Shown here piece after piece: positions 27,061 to 36,929 of a stretch of 64,000 bases of DNA (positions are counted from its first letter, which is position 1; each line of letters begins with the position of its first letter). Source of the stretch: Leptogorgia sarmentosa (lineage: Eukaryota); assembly GCA_964658305.1 (NCBI GenBank), contig OZ210885.1:4898001-4962000 (forward strand). The letters run 5' to 3'. Position numbers and translations under genes: made by a program. Under the pieces are notes generated by a model that searched no databases, had not been told where the DNA came from, and saw only the letters and a program-made list of their open reading frames with translations.

Positions 27061-27479
27061 ATGTCATCTATACAGGGCATTTATATAGTCATCTATACCG
27101 TAAACATAGAAAATATAATAGGGTAGTTGTTTTACTCATCTAGTTTGACCTGCTAAAACCCATGTCAGGCATCTGCAACACTGATGACTTTTGCTTTAGC
27201 AAGCTCAGCTGGGATTTCCTCAACAGCTGGCATAAGATAGCTTTATCTTTTCAAAGGTTTAAGTCTTTTGGGTCAATACATAACTGTGCCTTTTTCTCCT
27301 TTCCAGACCTATTCATAACTCCACTACTGATTCAGTAGGCAAAGAACTGCCACTTGAAATTTTGCTAAAATATTTTCTCTTTTTATTTTGAATCATGTTT
27401 TTTGTTTTTATTTTCTCATTCGTTTTTTCTTTTTTAATAAAAAAACTGTTTGTGGCAGGAAACTACAATTTGGCTGTTT

Positions 27480-28505
27480 CCAGGCCATCACTTAACTTCA
27501 TTTTACAAATATGACAGACTGTTCAAAGATTGGCAGTGAGCGGAACTAATTTGTACTCACTGGAGAAGCAAACGTTTTTCTCGAGACATCTTATTCGCCT
27601 TTATCAGGCAAGAGTACAACACAATGGCTGCAATTCTGCACGGAAAACTCAATGATGGTGATTTTGATGCTGTCAATGACATTCCTAATCCTACACAATG
27701 TCACTGATATATGCAGTTTTTAGATCTTGCTGTTTATTACCACAAATTTATTCTGGGTTTTTCCTCAATCCTGCAGGGCCATTATTACAATTGGCGCAAA
27801 AGGTGACGTGTTATATTTGGACCAATGACCATTTTGAGATATCCTGATTTTGGCAAAGAATTTGTTTTGCAAATATGCATCTGATCATGGCACTGGGATG
27901 TTTTTGTCACAACTTGATGATTTAGGAACTGAGAAAGTTATTGCCTATGTGTCCAATGCACGTTCGCCTCCATAACAGAAATATTCAACAACCAAGAAAG
28001 GAGAATTTGCTGTTGTCTTTGGCACAGCTCACTTCCGCATATATCACTTAGGTCACCATTTCAAACTAACTACTGACCATAATGCTGCCTTACGCTGGCT
28101 ACACACTATGGACGCTAGAGGTCGTTTAGCACAATGGACTATGACGGGCGAGACTGACAGGAGTTTAATTTCTCAGTCACCCATCGTACTGGCCGCACTC
28201 GTAACAATGCCGGCCCACTGTCTCGCCCGGTGCCAACTAATTCATCAAATTCTATCAAAAACCATCTTCGTCTCAATACATGTCAAGCTATACAAGCGTT
28301 CGTCAAGCTAGAGAGCAGTAAACCCCTTATAGTTGATCCAGATGGTCAGTTATTGACTGCTCCTGCTCCTCATAGCTCTACTTGCCCTAAATTTCAAGAA
28401 GCCCATCACAAGATTAGCACAATAACATTAAATCCTACAATGAATCTCGGGGATAGCCAACAAACTGACCCACATCTGGCATATATTCTTGACATGAAAA
28501 AATTA
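27480..28505 (+). mobile_element. Degenerate Gypsy pol remnant (RNase H region)
   Basis: Across frameshifts: EKVIAY...YSTTK.E..AVVFG..HFR.Y..G.HFKL.TDH..LRWL..MDARGRLAQW. Confidence 0.7.
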
Positions 28506-29365
28506 CCTAAACCAAATTCACAAGTTTTATCATGTTCATGTTTAAATTAGATGATGCTAATTTAGATATTTCAAGACTGTCTTTTAAAGGCTCTATTTTC
28601 ATCACACCGCTTTCATCCTGTAAATTATTCACTTGTTCAGGAGTATCGTTTATACAATATTTTTTTAGATGGTTTAGATCATTTGTCAGGTTGAATGTTT
28701 TATTCAAAAATTTTGCTTGGAGAAATTTCACTTCAGCCTCAATTTTACTCAGTTAAGTGAGTTTGTCATTAATAAATTCACATTCAGTGCTACACAATAT
28801 TTGCTTTAGCATGATCACCATTATTTGATGCATCGATATCAAGTGGTATCAATCGATATGGTTGCCACTTTACACATTGATTTATGCTGCTCTGTCATAT
28901 AATTTACCTCATTTGGACTGCCATTAGCTGTGATCCATTTACTTTTAAACTGAGGACAAATCAATTCACCAGGATCTCGTGGTGAATGATCTAAGAAGAA
29001 GAAGGTGAATGATCTAAGAAGAAGAAGAAGAATGATCTATCTAGAAGTTTGTCAATTCCTTAAGGACTGTTCACAGGAGAGATTTAGCTGGTGATTTCCA
29101 GTGCGATTTTCTCCTTTTGACGGATGTTAAAGAGTAAGCCAATCAGGAATGTTCTGTTCATGTTGAGGAAGTATGCACTCATGTAATATGAAAATAGTCA
29201 CGAAATGAAATTGTACAGATAATAATAAATCAAGACATATTGTGTTCCTTTTAAAATGTCTAAAATGTACATGCAGAAAGAGTTTCTTACTTGTAAACAT
29301 TTCTGCTATAGTAACTGAGACCAGAACGTTTTTCATCATATTGGCAAAAATACACTTTGAACTCT

Positions 29366-30373
29366 ATGGCATTGCAATACAACTATCCCTTACACTCGCT
29401 TAATACCTTCGGTATATCTTCTTATGCTGAATGTTTTGCAACTTTTCAATCCATAGATGAATTACAACAATTATTAGTGCGAGCCAAGTACCCTATTGTG
29501 ATTTTGGGTGGTGGTAGTAATATACTATTGACTCAAGATGTAAAAGGTACTGTTTTGAAAAATGAAATAAATGGTATTTCAATTGTTGAAGAAGATCATA
29601 AAAGCATAACAGTTAAAGTAGGAGGTGGTGTTGTATGGCAAGATTTAGTGATGTGGAGCATAGAAAATAATTTTGGTGGCATTGAAAACTTATCGCTTAT
29701 TCCTGGTAGTGTGGGTGCAGCAGCTGTGCAAAATATTGGGGCTTATGGAATAGAAATAACATCTGTTTTTAAGGAATTAGAAGCTGTAAATATCGCAACT
29801 AACAGCATAAAAAATTTCAGTAAAGCAGACTGCGAGTTTGGTTATCGTAACTCTATCTTTAAAAGCAAATTGAAAGGGCAATATGTGATCTGCAATGTAA
29901 CTTTCCAACTAAATAAGATACACGAATTCAACACCACTTATCCTTGTATTGAAGAGGAGTTAAAAGCTATGGGTGTTGAGCCTAGTTTACAAAATATTAG
30001 CCAAGCTGTAATTAATATAAGACAATGCAAATTACCTGATCCGAAGGAGATTGGTAATAGTGGTAGTTTCTTCAAAAATCCTACTGTTCCCAATGAACAA
30101 TTTGAAACTTTAAAAACCAAATTCCCCAACATGGTGGGCTACTCCAGTGGCAAAGGCGAAACAAAAGTAGCTGCTGGATGGCTAATCGAACAAGCAGGTT
30201 GGAAAGGTTATCATAATAATAAAGCTGCTGGAGTACATAAAAAACATGCTTTGGTACTAGTTAATTATGGTAATGCTAAAGGTGAGGATATTCTGAATTT
30301 ATCAAAAGAAATACAAGAATCTGTATTGAAAAAATTTGGTATTGATTTACAATCTGAGGTGAATATAATTTAA
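29366..30373 (+). CDS. murB: UDP-N-acetylenolpyruvoylglucosamine reductase (MurB), type I, Bacteroidota-like; intact, intronless, 335 aa
   Basis: LNTFGI, ILGGGSNILL (FAD binding), GIENLSLIPGSVGA..VQNIGAYG, CEFGYRNSIFK (catalytic Arg), KLPDP..IGNSGSFFKNP (catalytic Ser), AAGWLIE, ALVLVN, C-terminal EVNII (catalytic Glu). First ATG at 29366. Confidence 0.96.
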   Translation: MALQYNYPLHSLNTFGISSYAECFATFQSIDELQQLLVRAKYPIVILGGGSNILLTQDVKGTVLKNEINGISIVEEDHKSITVKVGGGVVWQDLVMWSIENNFGGIENLSLIPGSVGAAAVQNIGAYGIEITSVFKELEAVNIATNSIKNFSKADCEFGYRNSIFKSKLKGQYVICNVTFQLNKIHEFNTTYPCIEEELKAMGVEPSLQNISQAVINIRQCKLPDPKEIGNSGSFFKNPTVPNEQFETLKTKFPNMVGYSSGKGETKVAAGWLIEQAGWKGYHNNKAAGVHKKHALVLVNYGNAKGEDILNLSKEIQESVLKKFGIDLQSEVNII

Positions 30374-30876
30374 CAACTATGAATATAAATTTAGTTGTCA
30401 ACAATTGAAAAAGTTTTATCATATCAAAACTTTAGAAAAATAGCATTAAAATCTCTATATAAATTATTATCTTGCAGTGTTATATTTTTACTTGGCTTGG
30501 ATTCCACCACATCCACAGCAAAATGGTCTGCAAATATATGGCACTGGCCAGTACACCGACAACAGAGCAATCCTAACCTCAGCCTTGTAGCTTCAGTGTA
30601 GCTTCACAAATGAATCTACTAGGGGTAGACCTTGTGCCTTTGAATAAATTGAACTTGAAGATGAAAATTTGACAACACAATTACAACACTTTAATGAACA
30701 GATAACAGGATACATATACAGGTCTGTGTAGGCTTGATATTAGATTTCTTGAGCTTCGTTTGGGCCTACAGGGGTGATGGCTCTTTTGATCGCGTGAGGG
30801 TTTCGTAGCCGTTTTTATACTAGAGACGCATAATGTGTCTGGACGAACTTGGGCAAGAAGTTATTATTCGTATTGG

Positions 30877-31045
30877 TAATAGTATGGTTTCGAGTGCAAT
30901 TTGGAAAACATGCACGAGTGAGTTTTTCAAAGACATTCAAAATTGCACAAGTCCGAAGGACGAGTGCAATTTGAATGTCTTTGAAAAATTCACGAGTGTA
31001 TGTTTTTCCAAATTGAACAATTAATAATATACATGAAAAAAATTC
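30877..31045. repeat. Crypton-type terminal palindrome plus 24-bp terminal motif
   Basis: Long imperfect hairpin centred on AATTGCACAAGTCCGAAGGACGAGTGCAATT. 31022-31045 is the exact reverse complement of 36588-36611. Confidence 0.7.
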
Positions 31046-31079
31046 AAAGGGGCTTTTATATTCATTTGTTCCTATGCAG

Positions 31080-31965
31080 TTACAGCGATCGGCATGCGCA
31101 ATTATCCAGGCAACTGGTCATGTAAGTAACAACCTTTAAGCCACATACTGAATATTATGTTCTAGACTGTTAGGTGCAACGGGATTGTGTCTATTAATTA
31201 ATGGTATATGCTAAACCACTGTAATAAAAATGTCTCATGGTTTTCATGGCCAAATGCATATTGTACTTGATCATCAACTGCAGCATTCATGGTTTTTCAG
31301 TGAGCTTGAGTTATGTTCCTGGAGGTTATACATCTCAAATTTTGTATAGGGTGAATTGCTGAAACAACTTAAACGAAGGCTCGGCAATGTAAGGCCAGTC
31401 AAGAAGCCTAGAGGGAGAAAGAGAGTAAATGTGGGGAATATTAATGATGATGATGGATCAAAGAGAACAAAAGCAGACGTGGCTGTACCAGCAGATCTCG
31501 GAGGTGCAGGTACAAGAAGAAGAATCCCTGTAACTAGTTGTAACTGCCCTCCGCTCACCAACACAGTTTCGTTGCACACACAGCTTTATTCAGTTATTCT
31601 GATAGCCACGGAATGGTATACTAATGAGCTTTTTAGCGTTCACTGACAATTCGCTTTTAAAGTTCCAGATTATTGGGATGACATGGCAGAGGATGTATTG
31701 AAAATAAAGTTAACTCAAAGGAGTGAAGAATATAAGAAAGTGGAAAATGCATTCAAAGCGTCTGCCTCAAATAGAATCATCTGCATTGAAAGAATACAGA
31801 ACAAAGTTCTGTATAAATTATTCAATGTCAAAAGCAAAGCCATGGAGGAAAAATATGGCAGCGATTTTCCCGGAAAGGAACTGTGGCTATTCCATGGTAC
31901 CTCGTGTGATAATGTTGAGAAAATTAATGCTGGTGGATTGAACAGAAGCTTTGCAGGAAAAAATG
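31080..31965 (+). CDS. Partial spliced gene for a PARP-family mono-ADP-ribosyltransferase (exons 31080-31121 tentative, 31350-31509, 31663-31965)
   Basis: AG/GT boundaries with compatible phases (0, 1). The last exon encodes VPDYWDDM...SEEYKKV..AF...IERIQN...LFHGT...INAGGLNRSFAGKN, the N-terminal half of a PARP10/14/15-like catalytic domain. I did not find the next exon. Confidence 0.8.
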
Positions 31966-32231
31966 GTGATTAATTTAGAATTAGAATTTATTAACATAAT
32001 TTTCAATTAAAAAGAGTTAAGCTAAATTTGAATTAAAGTAGAATGAATAAATAAGTGTACATGCATGATAGTCTGCAGCAAAGAGTAACTGATTCACTAC
32101 CGGATTTCAATTACATCAATCATACAGTATTATATTTGAATTTTTATTTAGGATACAAACATTAGAATTAATTTAAGATGAAATTTCGAAACTCGAAAGT
32201 GTATGTTAATGTCCAGCTGTATGTATTAGTA

Positions 32232-32726
32232 CAGTAATAGCGTAGTTGACCGGGTTTCTTTTGTTTCTACTGGGTCAATGGACCAATTGCATAATAAACA
32301 AAATTTTTAAAAGTATCGAAATAGTACAATTTATAACAATAGCGTGAAAGAGCGTCCCAAAATTAATAAAATGGCAAAGTTTGGGTGTGAAATGTTGTAA
32401 AATACGGAAAATATAACCGTGCGAAATTGGCAAATTTGTATACTTTTGTATTACGTGCGAAATGAAGTAACTAATTTAGTTAGCAATTCACGCACCTAAT
32501 ACAAAAGTATACAAATTTTCCCTACTTTGCACGGTTATATATTCCGTATTTTACAACATTTCGCACCCAAACTAATTCATTGTTATGAATTGTACTATTT
32601 CGATTTTTTTAAAATTTTTGTCTATTATGCAATTGGTCCATTACTAAGTTCTAATACTTAGTTCTAATCGCCCGCTCGGTTATGGATGGTCAAACATGCA
32701 AGTAATTACATTCTACACAACAACAA
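32232..32726. mobile_element. Second (inverted, truncated) copy of the 8342-8550 MITE family, interrupted by another MITE
   Basis: CAGTAATAGCGTAGTTGACC... and CGGTTATGGATGGTCAAACATGCAAGTAATTACATTCTACACAACAACAA match the reverse complement of 8403-8550. Confidence 0.8.
32280..32639. mobile_element. 360-bp near-fully palindromic MITE, GGACC...GGTCC, with AT target duplication (ISL2EU-like)
   Basis: The arms are reverse complements over most of their length. AT lies on both sides. The empty site TCAATTACT is seen in the paralogous MITE at ~8387-8395. Confidence 0.8.
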
Positions 32727-35250
32727 TGATTTTACCATAGTTAGGAAAGACAGACCAACTCGAAGAGGAGGAGGTGTGGCCGTATATATAAGAGAATCAC
32801 TTCCTTTTAAAATTCGTTCAGATTTTTATAACCCGGAATATGAATGTCTGTGGATTACTCTTCGACCAAAATGGCTTCCACGAAAAATTTCAAAACTTGC
32901 ACTTGCGTGTGTATATTTGCCACCGTCGATGAATACCGAAGCAGTCGAAAGTTTTTATGAATATTGCTGTTATTGTTATGATTCTCTTATTAGCGAGAGC
33001 CCAAATACATCAATTATTATTACTGGGGATTTTAATCCCGTAAGTAATGGATTTCAGGAAAGAGTCCTTAAAAATCATTGTAAGTTAAAACAAGTAATCA
33101 AAACACCAACTAGAGGTAAAGCAATTCTAGACCTAATCCTGACCAATGCACATTCGTTTTATGAAACACCAGTATCTATGGCACCGATTGGCTGTTCAGA
33201 CCATAGCGCTATTATGTGGAATGCGAAAGAACAAGTTCAAGGTAAAAATGAGATAAAAAAGATTACAGTGAGACCCATTAAAGAAACGAGGTTGCGCTTG
33301 TTTGAAGAATGTATCGGTCTAGAGACATGGTCAGCGGTTTATGAGGCCCCGTGTATTAACACCAAAGTGAACGCCTTGTTATCGATTACTATTGCAATGA
33401 TTGATAACTGTTTTCCAACAAAAATTGTCAAGGTCCATAAAGATGACAAACCTTTTATGACTGGGAGGATTAAACAAATGATATCGAACAGAAATAAAAT
33501 GTACCAACATGGGAGAATGGAAGAATACAGATCGCTTCTTAACAAAATTACCTTAGAAATTCGAAAAGTGAAACAGAAATATTACAGTGAAAAAATCAAA
33601 CCTGCTCATTGTTCCAATTCAAAGCAATGGTGGAAAAATATAAAAAACATTACTGGACAGGGTAAACAGGAATTTATTCTAAATAGCCCACAGACTGATA
33701 CTCCACTAAACTCAAGAGACACAGCTAATTTGATGAACGAATATTTTACTAGTCTTACTAGTGATTACCCGGAAGTACACGATAGCTGGTTTAATGTTGG
33801 AATGGAAGAACAATCACCGAATATAACCGCAGACAGCATAGCAGATAAGTTAAGTAAACTTGCCCCGAATAAAGCAAGTGGTCCGTTCGATCCGAATGTA
33901 AAGATAATAAAAACATTTGCAAGATACTTCGCTGAGCCGTTAAGTTACATCTTTAACGAATCATTTACATGTAGAGTATTCCCAGAAATTTGGAAAATTT
34001 CGAGGGTGTGTGGGATTCCTAAAAGTAAACCTTGTTCCAGCGTAGACCTCTTAAGACCTATTTCATTAACGAGTACACTATCTAAGATACAAGAATCATA
34101 TGTTAACGACTGGATTTATGAGGATGTTTATCATAAAATCAGTAGCAGTCAATTTGGCGGTCTGCCTGGAACATCCACAATACATGCGTTGATTTATTTG
34201 TTACATAAATGGCATATGGCAATGGAAAGCCCCCAAAGAATTGTACGTATTACGTTTCTTGATTTCCGAAAGGCATTTGACTTGATCAATCATAATGTGC
34301 TGCTTGAAAATTTTATGCAAATCGGCGTTCGTCTGGTTGTGGTTGGTTGGTTTGCATCATATCTTTATAACAGATCACAAGTAACATCTTTCCATGGAGA
34401 ACAGTCTGATTGTAGAACAATCAAGGGAGGCGTTCCACAAGGGAGTAAGTTGGGTCCTATTGCGTTTATAATAAAAATAAACCAATTACCAATGTCTATT
34501 ATACCCAATAACCAAGATCAAACATGTAATGCCGTAGAAGACCAGGACGTAGCGATGTTTATGGATGACACAACATTATCGGAAGTAATCAATGTCAGTG
34601 ACCATTCAGGTGGTATCTCTATTGGTAATACTCAAATGAACGTTGACAAGGTGGTACAGTTTGCAAAGGACGAAGGAATGGAACTTAATTATAAAAAGTG
34701 TATGGAAATGATTATTGATTTTAGGAAGAATATATCCCCTATACCCCCAATTTATGTTGGTGGTCATAATGTTTCCCGAACGAAGTCATATAAGTTACTG
34801 GGAATATGGTTAGATTGTGATCTTAAATGGAATACTAATACCGAATATATTATAAAGAAAGCGACCAAGCGTCTGTATTTACTAAAGATGTTGAAGAGTT
34901 ATGGTGCCCCGATGGATGATTTGTTAGCATTTTACTGTTCAGTAATTCGTCCTATTCTAGAATATGGTGGAGAGATTTGGAACGGAGGTTTAACCCAAGA
35001 GCAGAAAAAGAGCATTGAACGAATTCAAAAACGAGTGCTTAGAATAATATACCCAAACTTAGACTACGATCAAGCATTAACTGAGACAAAATTGCAAACT
35101 TTGGAAGAACGTAGAGACGAATTATGTGTATGTTTAATCACAAAAATGCTGGAACCAAACCACAAACTTCATAGCCTCTTAGCAAAGAAATTAAAAGACA
35201 TTAGGCAAAAAGAAACAAGAACTAGCAATCAGAAGTTATATAATTTCCCT
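32727..35250 (+). mobile_element. CR1-group LINE ORF2 (APE + RT), open frame of ~840 codons but clipped at both ends
   Basis: RKDR...GGGV, VYLPP, GDFN, LDLILTN, SDH, LRPISLT, DFRKAFD, GVPQGSKLGP, FMDDTT. Confidence 0.9.
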
Positions 35251-36611
35251 TTTCAAATGCCGTTTGAGTGGATTGATCACAGGTGAGGTATTGTGATTGT
35301 AAACGTTGAATGCGATTGAGAAATTGACATCTGGGAAAACTTTGTACTGGAAACAGACATGGTGGCCGATGCTTTTCCTCCTTTCCCTCTTCTCGAAATA
35401 GCCCACGGAAGACTTCACTGCTCGACTTCGTCCGCTTCGTCATAGTCGTCTAAAGACTGTATGTTTCGATGACCTGTAACTTTGGCAATGGCATACCTCT
35501 CTAGATTGGATTTCTTGTTAACCACTGTTTTACGAGCACTGTGGTTGGAAAATCTTTTCTCGCTTGTTTCAAGAGTTGTTCCAGCGATAATGCATTTCAT
35601 CATTCAGTTGATCTTATTGACTCCTATGGGCTGAACTTTGTACCAAGTTGTACCACTTTGCTGCATAGTTGAAGGTCGTCGACGTATGAATTCTCGAAAT
35701 AGTGCTACGGGACATCTTTCACCACCAGTTTGAAACATTTTTGGCTGAAAGGATCTTGATTTAGCATTCAGTCCTGCCTGCCTGGTCTTTGTTGGCCCTT
35801 CTGGGTACTCGACGAATTCAAGACCGTCGTCTCCTTTGAGAATACGAAAGTCATCTAGCCTCTTTCCATGATGATCTTGTCTACCCCGCAGCCCAAAATG
35901 CTGCGTGTTTGAAGCCACCACATCGTTTGAATCAATGCGTCTGGGCTTTCTTGACCAAATTTACCGGTTTTTCAAAGAATTTCTTCTTCAGCCGAAACTT
36001 GCCTTGCCTTGTTGGGCCGCTTCCCCAGACCAGCTTTACGAAGTTGTTTGGCTTTTCCTTCAAGCACTTGTTTGGACGAGGAAAATTCGCTGTCTCTTAT
36101 GATAGATAGGTCGTAACCCTTGTCCTTCAAGTGCCTATCAAGTGCCGTCAGCATAACCTTCAAGCTATCCGGCTCATAGTCATAAAAGCACTCAAGTAAA
36201 ATATTCAGCTCCTCCGGCGGAATGTCATGAATTTCTTGCTCAATTTCTTTCTCAGCGCACCATTTTCTCCATACACTTTGCCAGAAAAGGATACTTTTTG
36301 TTGTATTTTCCTTTTTCCGAGCTGTTTTTCAACTCCTCTATTAAGCTGTCTGTTGCGAAAGAAAATCTTCTGCCCGGAGCGGCAGCCATTTTTTTCACAA
36401 TAATTCACATTTTGTTATTGTCCGCCAGAAACGGCTTAATCTGATTGGCTAGCTTTGAAATTTGAGCCAATCTGAAAGCATAAACATCTAAAGAAATTTG
36501 CACTGAATTTTCTTTTTTGGTGCTGAATTTGCTATTTTGGCACTGTATTTCTTTAAAATTGCACTGCTCTTGGCCAATGAAAATCGAGAATTTTTTTCAT
36601 GTATATTATTA
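35251..36611 (-). mobile_element. Crypton DNA transposon, tyrosine recombinase (DUF3504-like) pseudogene and one terminus
   Basis: YEPDSLKVML.ALDRHL, KAKQLRKAGLGKRPN, HFGLRGRQDH, KTRQAG, RCPV, NHSARKT, VTGHRNIQSLDDY, i.e. the R-H-R-H-Y catalytic set. Confidence 0.88.
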
Positions 36612-36723
36612 GTCTGGTTTCAGGGTTGCAAGACTTTCAGGATCAAAATAAGCCAAACATGTGTTTTAAATAAAAAAAAAGCCAAACTCCAAAATTTAGC
36701 TGGGAGACCGGGGCGAGTAATAA

Positions 36724-36787
36724 CAATCTTGTACCCAGGGCCCCAGGCTCGCCCATATTGCGATAAATTGCTCTGGGGACGAGATTG
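36724..36787. mobile_element. 64-bp mini-element with AcademH-like termini
   Basis: CAATCTTGTACCCAGGGC ... GCTCTGGGGACGAGATTG. Flanks GAGTAATAA / CAGTAACAA are 7/9 identical. Confidence 0.65.
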
Positions 36788-36929
36788 CAGTAACAACTCA
36801 ATATTCCAACTGAGAGTTTGTTTGTATTTGAAATTATTTATTTAGTTGTACACTTTCATGCAGCATTTAAAATAGTTAATTAGATATCTGGGTTAATATG
36901 TCAATGAATATAAATATAGGATAAGATAT

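Noticed and set aside
29357..29365. TTG start for murB given by the ORF track
   Set aside because: The ATG at 29366 matches the expected MurB N-terminus length; the TTG extension adds only three unconserved codons.
29366..31965. MurB-PARP fusion protein
   Set aside because: MurB ends at its normal EVNII C-terminus with a TAA stop; nothing supports read-through or in-frame splicing.
32686..32726. ATG start of the 866-aa LINE ORF
   Set aside because: The first ~14 codons come from the adjacent MITE; the real ORF2 start is missing.
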